DNA of 64,000 nt from an uncultured Polaribacter sp. Lineage in GTDB: Bacteria > Bacteroidota > Bacteroidia > Flavobacteriales > Flavobacteriaceae. The stretch lies in assembly GCA_943846585.1 (NCBI GenBank), contig OX044349.1:1028008-1092007 (forward strand), in the 5' to 3' direction. Under the pieces are notes generated by a model that worked only from the letters and a program-made list of their open reading frames with translations, searched no databases and was not told the DNA's origin. The position numbers were made by a program, and so were the translations under genes. Of the stretch, positions 8,445-17,125 are shown in pieces. The stretch's first letter is position 1, and each line of letters begins with the position of its first letter.

Positions 8445-9764
8445 TTATAAAATATTACCATACTCCGATTTATTAATTGATATAACTTTATACCTTTTAT
8501 CAAAAGTAGATTTTGATACAATTAGAAAATCGTTTCTATTTTTTGTAATTATTTTTAATTTTAGATTTATTTGCGTTATCATTTGGTTTCTAATTCGTTC
8601 GTTTTGAATTTTACTCAAATGATCTTGACTTACAATATCCATTACCTCGGAAAAATTCGTATCTTTTTTACTTATAATCTTAATTAATGAAATCGACAGA
8701 CTGTCTAGTTCTATAAATTCATTTTTAAACTGAATTCCATTTTCTAACAGTTGTATTTTTTTATTTTTCTGAAATCGTCTATAATAATAGAGTAAGGTAG
8801 ACAATCCCATAATGATTATTAATGTTATTATAAATATCAGAACAGAATAGTCCTTGGAATAAAAGTCATCTTTGTTATAAATGTCTTTAGTGATATCTTT
8901 AAGTTGTATTTTAGAGACCATCCTTCTTTTATTTATGTAGTAAACGAAATCATCGTAAAATATAGGATTTATATTTTCAAAATCATATAATTTTGGTGTT
9001 CTGATATAACTCGTTATTTTGTTATTATAAATAGTTATTTTATATAATTGTTTAGTTTCATCTAAAATATATAAGTCACCTTTATCATTAAAACTTCCGA
9101 AAATTTGATTCAAATTTTCTTCTTCATAGCTTCCTAGTAAAGACCATTTCTTGTTAACGAAATTAAAATTCCAGACATCTCTATTTACTCTGTTTTTTAT
9201 TCTTGATCCATTTTCTGTTAAAGATGTTCCTCCAAAGAAAGAATAATTACTACCCCAATTGATTCCAATATGTGAGTCTGTTGATCTAGGAATTTCTGAC
9301 TCACTAGAAATTGTGTAAATTTCCCATTCCTTTGTTAATTCATCATAATAAGTTATGAAATTAGACTGACTCCAATAACCATAACCACCATGTTTGAAAA
9401 GAGTATCGTTTTTTATAAAATTAACATTGTCAAGAAAAAAATTATGAATATTAGAATTATCAATTTTTACTAAGCTATCTTTTGTATTTAGTTTCAAAAT
9501 ATCTCCTCCTTTCTTATCTAAAAATAAAAGTTTTCTTTTCTTTATAAAGACTTTAAATTTTAAATCTTTAGCTCTTTTTATCTTCTTTTTATTGAGGATT
9601 TTCAAACTCTTAGAATCAACAAAGTATAAGGATTTATTTGTGAGATAAATGATCTCTTTATTTATAGAATCTAATGCGATATTAATTGGAATTTCATATG
9701 AATCCTTTTCCTGCGAAATAGTGAATATTGGAAGTAGAAAAATGATTTTTAAGAATGATTTCAT
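8445..9764 (-). CDS. Predicted single-pass membrane one-component regulator: kelch-like periplasmic domain, TM helix, C-terminal OmpR/PhoB-like winged helix
   Basis: N-terminal signal-like segment; kelch-like GGYGYW...YYDELTKEWE and FFGG...VWNFNFVNKKWS; TM aa ~307-328 followed by RRFQKNKK; C-terminal pattern strand-strand-LD-helix-helix-RIRNQMITQINLKL-hairpin. Confidence 0.6.
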   Translation of the reverse strand: MKSFLKIIFLLPIFTISQEKDSYEIPINIALDSINKEIIYLTNKSLYFVDSKSLKILNKKKIKRAKDLKFKVFIKKRKLLFLDKKGGDILKLNTKDSLVKIDNSNIHNFFLDNVNFIKNDTLFKHGGYGYWSQSNFITYYDELTKEWEIYTISSESEIPRSTDSHIGINWGSNYSFFGGTSLTENGSRIKNRVNRDVWNFNFVNKKWSLLGSYEEENLNQIFGSFNDKGDLYILDETKQLYKITIYNNKITSYIRTPKLYDFENINPIFYDDFVYYINKRRMVSKIQLKDITKDIYNKDDFYSKDYSVLIFIITLIIIMGLSTLLYYYRRFQKNKKIQLLENGIQFKNEFIELDSLSISLIKIISKKDTNFSEVMDIVSQDHLSKIQNERIRNQMITQINLKLKIITKNRNDFLIVSKSTFDKRYKVISINKSEYGNIL

Positions 9765-9922
9765 TTATATGATGTTAGTTAAAGTTAATTACAATCGACT
9801 ATAAATTTATAGAAACTAGAAATTATATTTTTTATATACTTTGTGTATTTTATAGCATCAATATAATGATGTTATTTAAATCAGGCAAATTTGCTTTTAT
9901 TTGTTATTATAAATAACATTCC

Positions 9923-12505
9923 ATGGCTAAATCATTTTTATTTCTACTACTCTCAATTTTTTTTTCAAATACTCTAAATTCTCAAACTTTTATTATTAAT
10001 TCTGGTAATACTCTTGATGCTGATGATCCTATAAATATTGTATTTCAATTAGATTCCATTATACAAAATAATATTTTTCCAATAGAAGAATTAAACTCTG
10101 ACCCAATAACAGTCAAATTTGAACATGTAGAAACACTCGTATACCAACCCAATGAAAATAATGTTGAAAATCCTTACAGGTATGAAACAAAAGAGTATGA
10201 TTTTGAAGATAAAATTATTACCCTATCAAATGTAGAAGGTACTTTTAAATATTCATTTGAATCCGAGGATAATTTTTTAGAATATTTTGATATTCCAATC
10301 GGTGAAAAGATGACATCTATTAGTATGTGGGTTGAATTCCCTAATTCTAATTTTTTTAATAATGACTTTTATGACACTAACTCAGAACAATATATTGGAG
10401 TTGTTGGTCCATATGGTCCACAATTTGAAGTTTTTTTTAAAGAGGGAATTGACAAAACCTTGTATTCAAATGTTTTTACAGTCTCAAACAATGTAGTTAA
10501 CTCTAACCTCAATAGTCTAATAATTTCGGCTACGGATGATATTAATATTGTGGTAAGAGATGATTGTGGTTCCGATAATTGTGAGAGATGGTTAGATAAT
10601 GCAAAAAAAAACTTGGCACATCCAATTTTTTCCGATTTTACTGGTGATGGTGTTAATGATTTAGTTGCTCGTGTATACAGTCTCGGTCTTGGAGACATTG
10701 ATTGGGAGTTAACAGATGAAGAGAAGGCTTTATATTTTTCGAGGTGGGTTTTGTTTAAAGGTGAGTCGTTCGGTGAAAACGAAGTTCAATACTCTTTTCA
10801 TTCTAGTTATGATCAAATAAATGAGGCTATCATACTTTATTCAAAAGATTTAGATGGTGATGGAGATTTAGATATTTATACAGTACCAGATGTATATCAC
10901 GGACTTGAATCCAATATGCCAGATGATTGGTCTGGGGAAGTAATTCTTTATTTGAATGACGGAAGTGGAACTTTTACTAGATTAGATGAAGATGTTGTCT
11001 TTCCTCCAAAAAGTATAATTGGACAACTAGATACAGATTCAGATATCGAATCAATTGGTTCACTTGCAAATAAATATGATTCAAGATACCTTTGGTTAGG
11101 TGAGAATTCTTCAGTGATTCAATTTTTCGACAAAGTAAATGGATCATACACTGAAACCAGATCTCCAGAAATATTTATCGAGCCAAAAGATGGAAACGAA
11201 ATTTTCTATAGAAAAGTAGTAGATTTGAAATTATATGACTTTAATAATGACGGTAACGATGATATTCTTTTTTGGTTGAGCCAACAAGAAATGTTAGAAA
11301 TTTATTTCGACGATGAGGGTAATTTTATAGGAGATACAGATACAATGTCACTTGAAGAATTAGGATTCATTTCTGAAAATTATTTTATAATCATACATGG
11401 TTCTGATACTGGATTTGATTTATCAAATACTGATTTTTCTAATGATATCCTATATACGTATTCCTCAAATTCATATGACGAGCATTATTCCTTTGATATC
11501 GTTCAACTGAGTGAAGGAAAAGATGTTGTATTCTTTATGGACATATTTTCTTCAGGACAATATGAAGATCTTTTCGATGATATTTATAACGGACCAATGT
11601 CAACGTTGTATGCTCTAGATATAGCTGGGGAGAACCTAACAGATATAACCAGTTCATTTTTTCAAAATGAGTCGAATATAAATTACATCTCATCTTCAAA
11701 TGCACCTGAATTTATGGATTTCAATAATGATGGATTACTTGATATCTATTTTTGGGGAGGTTGGGCCACATCAGCTACTGCTGCCAAATCACTATTCTTG
11801 ATCAATAAGACAACTCATTTTGAGAATGCTGTCGTTCCATTTCCAGATGTTAATGAATTTTTGTTGGGTGATTTTAATAATGACGGATATGTAAACTCAT
11901 TTCAACTGGTTGATAACGATTTAAAGTGGGCAACAAATATTCAGGTTTTTATAGAAAACGGTAGGAAAACTATAGATTATGAAAATAATACTCCTGTAAT
12001 TTTAAAACTACTTTTAGATACCACAATCCCAGTAATCACCCTAGTAGGAGATACAACCGTGACAATTGAAGTAGGAACTACCTACTCAGATGCAGGGGCC
12101 ACAGCATCTGATAACTATGATGGTGATATAACATCAAGTATTGTAGCTGTGAACCCAGTGGATGTTGGAGTTGTTGGTCAGTACACCGTAACTTACGATG
12201 TAACTGATGCTAATGGTAATCCAGCAAGTACTGTTACAAGAACAGTCATTGTGGAGTCAAGTCTTTCAGTTGAAGAGAATGATGAAAATGAGTTCAAAAT
12301 ATATCCAAACCCAACACTAAGTTCTTGGAAAATTAATTCCTCAAAAATTATAAAATCTCTTGAAATATTTGACTTAATTGGTAGGAAAGTATTGTTTAAA
12401 AAGCCAATGGCTAAAGATTTTGAAATTGACGCTAGTTTTTTACCAACAGGAATATATGTTATGGTCTTAAATAATAATATTATATCTAGATTAATTAAGA
12501 GTTAA
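9923..12505 (+). CDS. T9SS-secreted FG-GAP/VCBS-repeat protein with DUF5011 Ig-like domain and type A C-terminal sorting domain
   Basis: Signal peptide; DFTGDGVNDL, DLDGDGDLDI, DFNNDGNDDI, DFNNDGLLDI, DFNNDGYVN repeats; DTTIPVITLVGD...GATASDNYDGD...YTVTYDVTDANGN (DUF5011); FKIYPNPT...IFDLIGR...LPTGIYVM CTD. Confidence 0.88.
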   Translation: MAKSFLFLLLSIFFSNTLNSQTFIINSGNTLDADDPINIVFQLDSIIQNNIFPIEELNSDPITVKFEHVETLVYQPNENNVENPYRYETKEYDFEDKIITLSNVEGTFKYSFESEDNFLEYFDIPIGEKMTSISMWVEFPNSNFFNNDFYDTNSEQYIGVVGPYGPQFEVFFKEGIDKTLYSNVFTVSNNVVNSNLNSLIISATDDINIVVRDDCGSDNCERWLDNAKKNLAHPIFSDFTGDGVNDLVARVYSLGLGDIDWELTDEEKALYFSRWVLFKGESFGENEVQYSFHSSYDQINEAIILYSKDLDGDGDLDIYTVPDVYHGLESNMPDDWSGEVILYLNDGSGTFTRLDEDVVFPPKSIIGQLDTDSDIESIGSLANKYDSRYLWLGENSSVIQFFDKVNGSYTETRSPEIFIEPKDGNEIFYRKVVDLKLYDFNNDGNDDILFWLSQQEMLEIYFDDEGNFIGDTDTMSLEELGFISENYFIIIHGSDTGFDLSNTDFSNDILYTYSSNSYDEHYSFDIVQLSEGKDVVFFMDIFSSGQYEDLFDDIYNGPMSTLYALDIAGENLTDITSSFFQNESNINYISSSNAPEFMDFNNDGLLDIYFWGGWATSATAAKSLFLINKTTHFENAVVPFPDVNEFLLGDFNNDGYVNSFQLVDNDLKWATNIQVFIENGRKTIDYENNTPVILKLLLDTTIPVITLVGDTTVTIEVGTTYSDAGATASDNYDGDITSSIVAVNPVDVGVVGQYTVTYDVTDANGNPASTVTRTVIVESSLSVEENDENEFKIYPNPTLSSWKINSSKIIKSLEIFDLIGRKVLFKKPMAKDFEIDASFLPTGIYVMVLNNNIISRLIKS

Positions 12506-12520
12506 TTATATAAGAATAAT

Positions 12521-12551
12521 AAAACCCACATCTTCAAAGGTGTGGGTTTTT
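12521..12551 (-). terminator. ssrA intrinsic terminator (probably bidirectional)
   Basis: AAAACCCACA(TCTTCAAAGG)TGTGGGTTTT; A and T runs on both sides; lies between the convergent T9SS gene and ssrA. Confidence 0.8.
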
Positions 12552-12556
12552 ATTAA

Positions 12557-12571
12557 GTGGAGACGCCGAGA
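12557..12571. repeat. att-like repeat, proximal copy within the ssrA 3' end
   Basis: GTGGAGACGCCGAGA, identical to 8233-8247. Confidence 0.9.
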
Positions 12572-12824
12572 ATCGAACTCGGGTCCAAACAAGCAGCAAA
12601 AAAGCTTTCTACATATATAGTTCTTACTTGGTTGTCGGCCTAAAACTGATTAAGAACAATCCATTTTAAACGTATCTTTTTCAATTTCAAAAACTTGCCA
12701 AAGCATCAAGTTTCCTATGTTTACTTTTTCGATGCCCAAAAGTGAAACGCCGTAAACCAAGGCTTTTCGTGGACATAAAGCTTTCCCGCCTTGCGGGACT
12801 AGGCCAATCCTACTATGATTCGGA

Positions 12825-12854
12825 TTAAGCAGCTAAAGCGTAGTTATCTTCGCC
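12825..12854 (-). other. tmRNA-encoded proteolysis tag (A)GEDNYALAA*
   Basis: GGC GAA GAT AAC TAC GCT TTA GCT GCT TAA read on the minus strand; matches the Bacteroidota GExNYALAA tag type. Confidence 0.92.
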
Positions 12855-12967
12855 GGTTAAATAGTTGAAATGAGTTTTACAAGAATGATTTCAGTCCTTG
12901 ATATGCTTACAAATTTACAGAACTTGCTGTCAAAACCAGTCGTCCCCAGTTTTTTTTAATTCATTTA

Positions 12968-12975
12968 CAAAAGTA
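12968..12975 (-). promoter_or_regulatory. Bacteroidota sigma-A -7 element for ssrA
   Basis: TACTTTTG (TAnnTTTG) on the minus strand 21 nt upstream of the mature tmRNA 5' end. Confidence 0.65.
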
Positions 12976-13040
12976 TAAAAAATCTAGTTGCCCATCTTTA
13001 TAAAATCCAATATCTTCGAACAAATATTACAGCACAGAAA

Positions 13041-14249
13041 ATGACAAAGTTTGGAATTATTAAAGAACGTAAAAACCCGCCAGATAGGAGGGTTGTATTC
13101 TCACCAGAAAAGCTATCCCAATTCAAAAAGAAGTTTACAGGTGCTTCAATAAAAGTAGAAGCTTCGCCCATTAGAGTTTTTACAGACGCAGCTTATCAAA
13201 AAGAAGGTATTGAAGTGTCTCCCAATATGTCGGACTGTGATGTACTTATTGGGGTAAAAGAAGTGCCAATAGAAGCCTTACTTCCCAATAAAAAATATTT
13301 TTTCTTTAGTCATACTATTAAAAAACAACCCTATAATAGAAAATTATTACAGGCTGTTATCGATAAAAACATCACACTCTACGACCACGAAGTAATTGTA
13401 AAAGAAAACGGAATGCGTTTAATTGGGTTTGGACGGTATGCAGGCATCGTAGGCGCATACAACGGTTTTAGAGCGATTGGCTTAAAAAAAGACACCTTTC
13501 TGTTGCCCAAGGCAGCAACCTTAGGCAGTCAGCAAGAATTGATTGATCAGCTAAAGAACATTCAACTACCAAATATTAAAATAGCGCTTACTGGAAATGG
13601 AAAAGTAGCCAGAGGCGCCAAAGAAATGTTAGATGCAATGCAAATTGAACAAGTAGCTGTTACAGCCTATTTGACCCAAACATTTACAAAGCCAGTGTAT
13701 TGCATGATTGATGTGTTGGATTACAACAAACGCACCGATGGGCAAGTACTTAATAATAGCGACTTTTACAACCATCCAGAAAAATACGAAGCCAATTTTA
13801 TGCGCTTTGCAAAAGTAACCGACTATTTTATTGCGGGGCATTTCTTCGGAGAGGGTTCGCCTTATTTATTTACAAGAGAAGATGCAAAAAAACAAGACTT
13901 TAAGATTCAATACATAGCAGACATTTCATGTGATATAGACGGTCCAGTAGCCGCTACGATAAGACCTTCTACCATTGCAGATCCAATCTATGGATACGAC
14001 CCAAGTACCGAAAAAGAAGTAGATTTTAAAGCTGACAATGCCATTGTGGTCATGGCGGTAGACAATTTGCCTTGTGAGTTGCCAAAAGACGCCAGCGAAG
14101 GGTTTGGAGAATTGTTTTTAGAACACGTGATTCCTGCTTTCTTTAACAACGATAAAGAAGGCGTTTTGGCGCGTGCAAAAATGACAGAAAATGGAAAATT
14201 AACACCTCGATTTTCTTATTTACAAGATTATCTTGACGGAAAAGAATAA
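13041..14249 (+). CDS. Saccharopine dehydrogenase / lysine-ketoglutarate reductase-like NAD(P)-dependent oxidoreductase (AlaDh/PNT fold)
   Basis: KERKNPPDRRVVFSP, GVKEVP, FFSHTIKKQPYN, GRYAGIVGAYNG, IADISCDIDG, AVDNLPCELPKDASEGFG. Confidence 0.8.
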   Translation: MTKFGIIKERKNPPDRRVVFSPEKLSQFKKKFTGASIKVEASPIRVFTDAAYQKEGIEVSPNMSDCDVLIGVKEVPIEALLPNKKYFFFSHTIKKQPYNRKLLQAVIDKNITLYDHEVIVKENGMRLIGFGRYAGIVGAYNGFRAIGLKKDTFLLPKAATLGSQQELIDQLKNIQLPNIKIALTGNGKVARGAKEMLDAMQIEQVAVTAYLTQTFTKPVYCMIDVLDYNKRTDGQVLNNSDFYNHPEKYEANFMRFAKVTDYFIAGHFFGEGSPYLFTREDAKKQDFKIQYIADISCDIDGPVAATIRPSTIADPIYGYDPSTEKEVDFKADNAIVVMAVDNLPCELPKDASEGFGELFLEHVIPAFFNNDKEGVLARAKMTENGKLTPRFSYLQDYLDGKE

Positions 14250-14471
14250 ATGATTCAAGACCTACAATTTCTCATCGATTTGGCAAAAATGAAAATGCCT
14301 TTTGGAAAATACAAAGGGACTTTTCTCATTGATTTGCCAGAGCATTATATCGTTTGGTATAGGACTAAGGGGTTTCCTGCAGGTAAATTGGGCAAGCAAA
14401 TGGGCTTGGTGTACGAGCTGCAATTGAATGGACTCGAAAACTTAGTAAAAGAAATTCAGCGGAGGTATTAG
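14250..14471 (+). CDS. DUF3820-family small protein
   Basis: MPFGKYKG...LIDLPEHYIVW...NGLE pattern; abuts the upstream stop. Confidence 0.75.
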   Translation: MIQDLQFLIDLAKMKMPFGKYKGTFLIDLPEHYIVWYRTKGFPAGKLGKQMGLVYELQLNGLENLVKEIQRRY

Positions 14472-15043
14472 TTAATTGTCGAAATGCCATAGGCCATATG
14501 TGCAATTCCTAAAATTGAAATCGCAGAAGACCAATAGCCTGGAATAAAATAGCACAAGCCTCCCAGAGCAATCGCCAATCCAGAAAGAATGAATCGCTTC
14601 TTTCGATAATGATCTCTTAAAAGATAGAGGAGAAGGCCATAGGTAACTAAAAAAGCAGGCGTTATCAAATCAATCAGCCCAGCATTCATCAAAAAAATAA
14701 GCATAGCTGCTAAGAAAGCAATCAGAAACAAATATCTAAAAGCCATTTTTTTTGTTTTGGCATTCCACAATTTAAATTGATGTCTTTTGGCAACGCGTCT
14801 TCCTGCAAAAACAAGTGCAAGAGAACTGAATACAAATACTAAAAACAAGATTCCTAGCACAGTAAATTCAATAATTTCTGCCGAAAACATGCCAGTAAGG
14901 TGGTTGTCAATTAAAAACCCATCTAAAATACTTTTGATGAGGTAAGCACCACAAAAAAGATAAAAACCAATAAGAATACTCGTAACCCCTTTTAAAATAT
15001 GGTTTACTTCGTGATTGTCGTGTAAATAAGTGTTTTTAGGCAT
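14468..15043 (-). CDS. Hypothetical multi-pass membrane protein
   Basis: 191 aa with about 6 hydrophobic segments; no recognised motif. Confidence 0.7.
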   Translation of the reverse strand: MPKNTYLHDNHEVNHILKGVTSILIGFYLFCGAYLIKSILDGFLIDNHLTGMFSAEIIEFTVLGILFLVFVFSSLALVFAGRRVAKRHQFKLWNAKTKKMAFRYLFLIAFLAAMLIFLMNAGLIDLITPAFLVTYGLLLYLLRDHYRKKRFILSGLAIALGGLCYFIPGYWSSAISILGIAHMAYGISTIN

Positions 15044-15117
15044 GGGGATTGTTAATACGTGCTAAGATACAAAATTTAAGCACTTTATTTCATGTCCTAA
15101 AATAGCAAAAAAAAACC

Positions 15118-15936
15118 TTAAAAATTGTTAATGGTTTTTCGAATGGCCACTAAGTTGGTTAAGAGTCCCTCTAAGTTGTCTAAGTGCAACATGTTGGCAC
15201 CGTCACTTTTTGCATTTGCAGGGTCGAAATGTGTTTCAATAAATAAGCCGTCAACATTATTTACAATTCCCGCTCGAGCAATTGTTTCAATCATTTCTGG
15301 TCGTCCACCCGTAACACCTGCCGCTTGATTGGGTTGTTGTAAAGAATGGGTAACATCTAGGATGGTAGGGGCAAATGCACGCATTTCTGGAATGCCTCTA
15401 AAATCAACAATCATATCTTGATAGCCAAACATAGTTCCTCTGTCTGTAATCCAAGCTTTGTCAGAACCCGCATCTTTTACCTTTTGAACGGCATGCTTCA
15501 TGGCATCTGGACTCATAAATTGCCCTTTTTTTAAGTTGACAACTTTTCCTGTTTTTGCAGCCGCAACCACTAAGTCTGTTTGACGAACTAAAAAGGCAGG
15601 AATTTGTAAAACATCTACATACTGAGCCGCTTTTGCAGCATCCGATGCTTCGTGAATATCCGTTACTGTTGGTACGTTGAAAGTTTCAGAAACTTTGCGT
15701 AAAATTTTTAACGCTTTTTCATCACCAATTCCAGTAAAACTATCAATTCTACTTCGGTTGGCTTTTTTAAAACTCCCTTTAAAAATATATGGGATCTTTA
15801 ATTTATCTGTAATTGCCACTACTTTTTCAGCAATTCTTAATGCCATTTCTTCACTCTCAATAGCACAAGGGCCAGACAGTAAAAAGAAATTATTTGCGTC
15901 TGTATGTTTAATATTTGGAATTTCAGATAAAATCAT
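15118..15936 (-). CDS. kdsA: 3-deoxy-8-phosphooctulonate (KDO8P) synthase
   Basis: GPCAIES, KGSFKKANRSR, QIPAFLVRQTDL, NLKKGQF, DVTHSLQQPN, ETHFDPANAKSDG. Confidence 0.96.
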   Translation of the reverse strand: MILSEIPNIKHTDANNFFLLSGPCAIESEEMALRIAEKVVAITDKLKIPYIFKGSFKKANRSRIDSFTGIGDEKALKILRKVSETFNVPTVTDIHEASDAAKAAQYVDVLQIPAFLVRQTDLVVAAAKTGKVVNLKKGQFMSPDAMKHAVQKVKDAGSDKAWITDRGTMFGYQDMIVDFRGIPEMRAFAPTILDVTHSLQQPNQAAGVTGGRPEMIETIARAGIVNNVDGLFIETHFDPANAKSDGANMLHLDNLEGLLTNLVAIRKTINNF

Positions 15937-15952
15937 TTGTCGATATTTTGTG

Positions 15953-15960
15953 CAAAAATA
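15953..15960 (-). promoter_or_regulatory. Sigma-A -7 element for kdsA
   Basis: TATTTTTG on the minus strand 17 nt upstream of the ATG. Confidence 0.55.
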
Positions 15961-16004
15961 CGAAATTAAATTAGCTATATTTATCCTTTTAAAATCAAAT
16001 ATAA

Positions 16005-17018
16005 ATGAAAAATATATCCCCTATTATTTTAGTATTACTGTTTGCAATATCATGTAAGAAACATCCAACAACGATTAAAAATGAAACTGCTTTAAAGGTT
16101 TTTGAGATAGATTCAAATACCGTCAGGAAACACTTGTATACCTTGGCTTCAGACGAGATGGAAGGGAGAGGTACAGGAACTCGTGGAATTGAAAAAGCAG
16201 CGGTATATATCGAAAATGAATTCAAACGAATCGGCCTTGCTACCTTTCAAGATTTAGAAACCTACAGGCAAACTTTTACTTTTGAGAATCGAAGGACTCA
16301 AAAAAAGATTACCGCAAGTAATATTATTGGTGTTTTAGAAGGAAAAAGCAAGAAGGACGAATTTGTGGTGGTATCGGCACATTTTGACCATTTAGGCATT
16401 CGGAAAACAACTGGGCAATTAGATTCTATCTACAATGGTGCCAATGACAATGCTTCTGGGGTGACTGGAGTTTTAACCTTGGCCGAATATTTTAAAAACA
16501 AAGGGACCAATGAGCGAACCATCGTTTTTGTGGCCTTTACAGGAGAAGAAATGGGATTGAAAGGATCTACACATTTTGGAAAAGGAATCGTGGCCAGCAA
16601 GTTTGTGGCAGGAATCAATTTAGAAATGATTGGAAAAACGCCGAGTTTTGGACCCAATACCGCTTGGTTAACCGGTTTTGAACGTTCTGACTTCGGGAAA
16701 ATTATTCAACAAAACTTGGAAGGAACCGGCTATCAGTTATTTCCAGATCCCTACAAAAAGTTTAATTTATTTTTTAGATCTGACAATGCTTCGTTGGCAA
16801 GATTGGGAGTGCCGTCCCATACGTTTTCAACAACACCTATCGATGTAGATAAAGATTATCATCAAGCATCCGACGAAGCAGCAACTTTAAACATGACCGT
16901 AATTACCCAAACAATACAAGCAGTTGCAAAGGGAACAGAAAGTATAATTAATGGTTCAGACACGCCAACAAGAGTTGTTCTAGAAGAAAATAAATCCACA
17001 AAAATGCGCGCTAACTAA
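16005..17018 (+). CDS. M28-family metallopeptidase, lipoprotein
   Basis: Lipobox AISC; SAHFDHLG, GANDNASG, FTGEE, NLEMIG, RSDN, DYH zinc-site motifs. Confidence 0.9.
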   Translation: MKNISPIILVLLFAISCKKHPTTIKNETALKVFEIDSNTVRKHLYTLASDEMEGRGTGTRGIEKAAVYIENEFKRIGLATFQDLETYRQTFTFENRRTQKKITASNIIGVLEGKSKKDEFVVVSAHFDHLGIRKTTGQLDSIYNGANDNASGVTGVLTLAEYFKNKGTNERTIVFVAFTGEEMGLKGSTHFGKGIVASKFVAGINLEMIGKTPSFGPNTAWLTGFERSDFGKIIQQNLEGTGYQLFPDPYKKFNLFFRSDNASLARLGVPSHTFSTTPIDVDKDYHQASDEAATLNMTVITQTIQAVAKGTESIINGSDTPTRVVLEENKSTKMRAN

Positions 17019-17125
17019 ATTTCTAGAAACGAAAAAGAATACCGCTATTTTTTTAGAGTTTCCTATTAAAGTCAAACCATATTGTACAAAGCTTTTGTAT
17101 TTTTACCTTTTTAAAAATATTGTTC

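Larger units (their letters stand above)
8233..12571. mobile_element. ~4.3-kb genomic islet integrated at the ssrA 3' end, lacking an integrase
   Basis: Flanking 15-bp direct repeats matching the tmRNA 3' end, duplicated terminator, AT-rich cargo (e.g. 10/60 GC in 8521-8580 vs 21/60 in 7141-7200), tandem repeats near the distal end. Confidence 0.8.
12557..12947 (-). ncRNA. ssrA: tmRNA (transfer-messenger RNA)
   Basis: Minus strand starts GGGGACGACTGGTTTTGACAG and ends CCGAG-TTCGATT-CTCGG-CGTCTCC-AC; acceptor stem GGGGACG/CGTCTCC with the G3:U alanine determinant and A discriminator; internal tag ORF; CCA not fully encoded. Confidence 0.96.
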
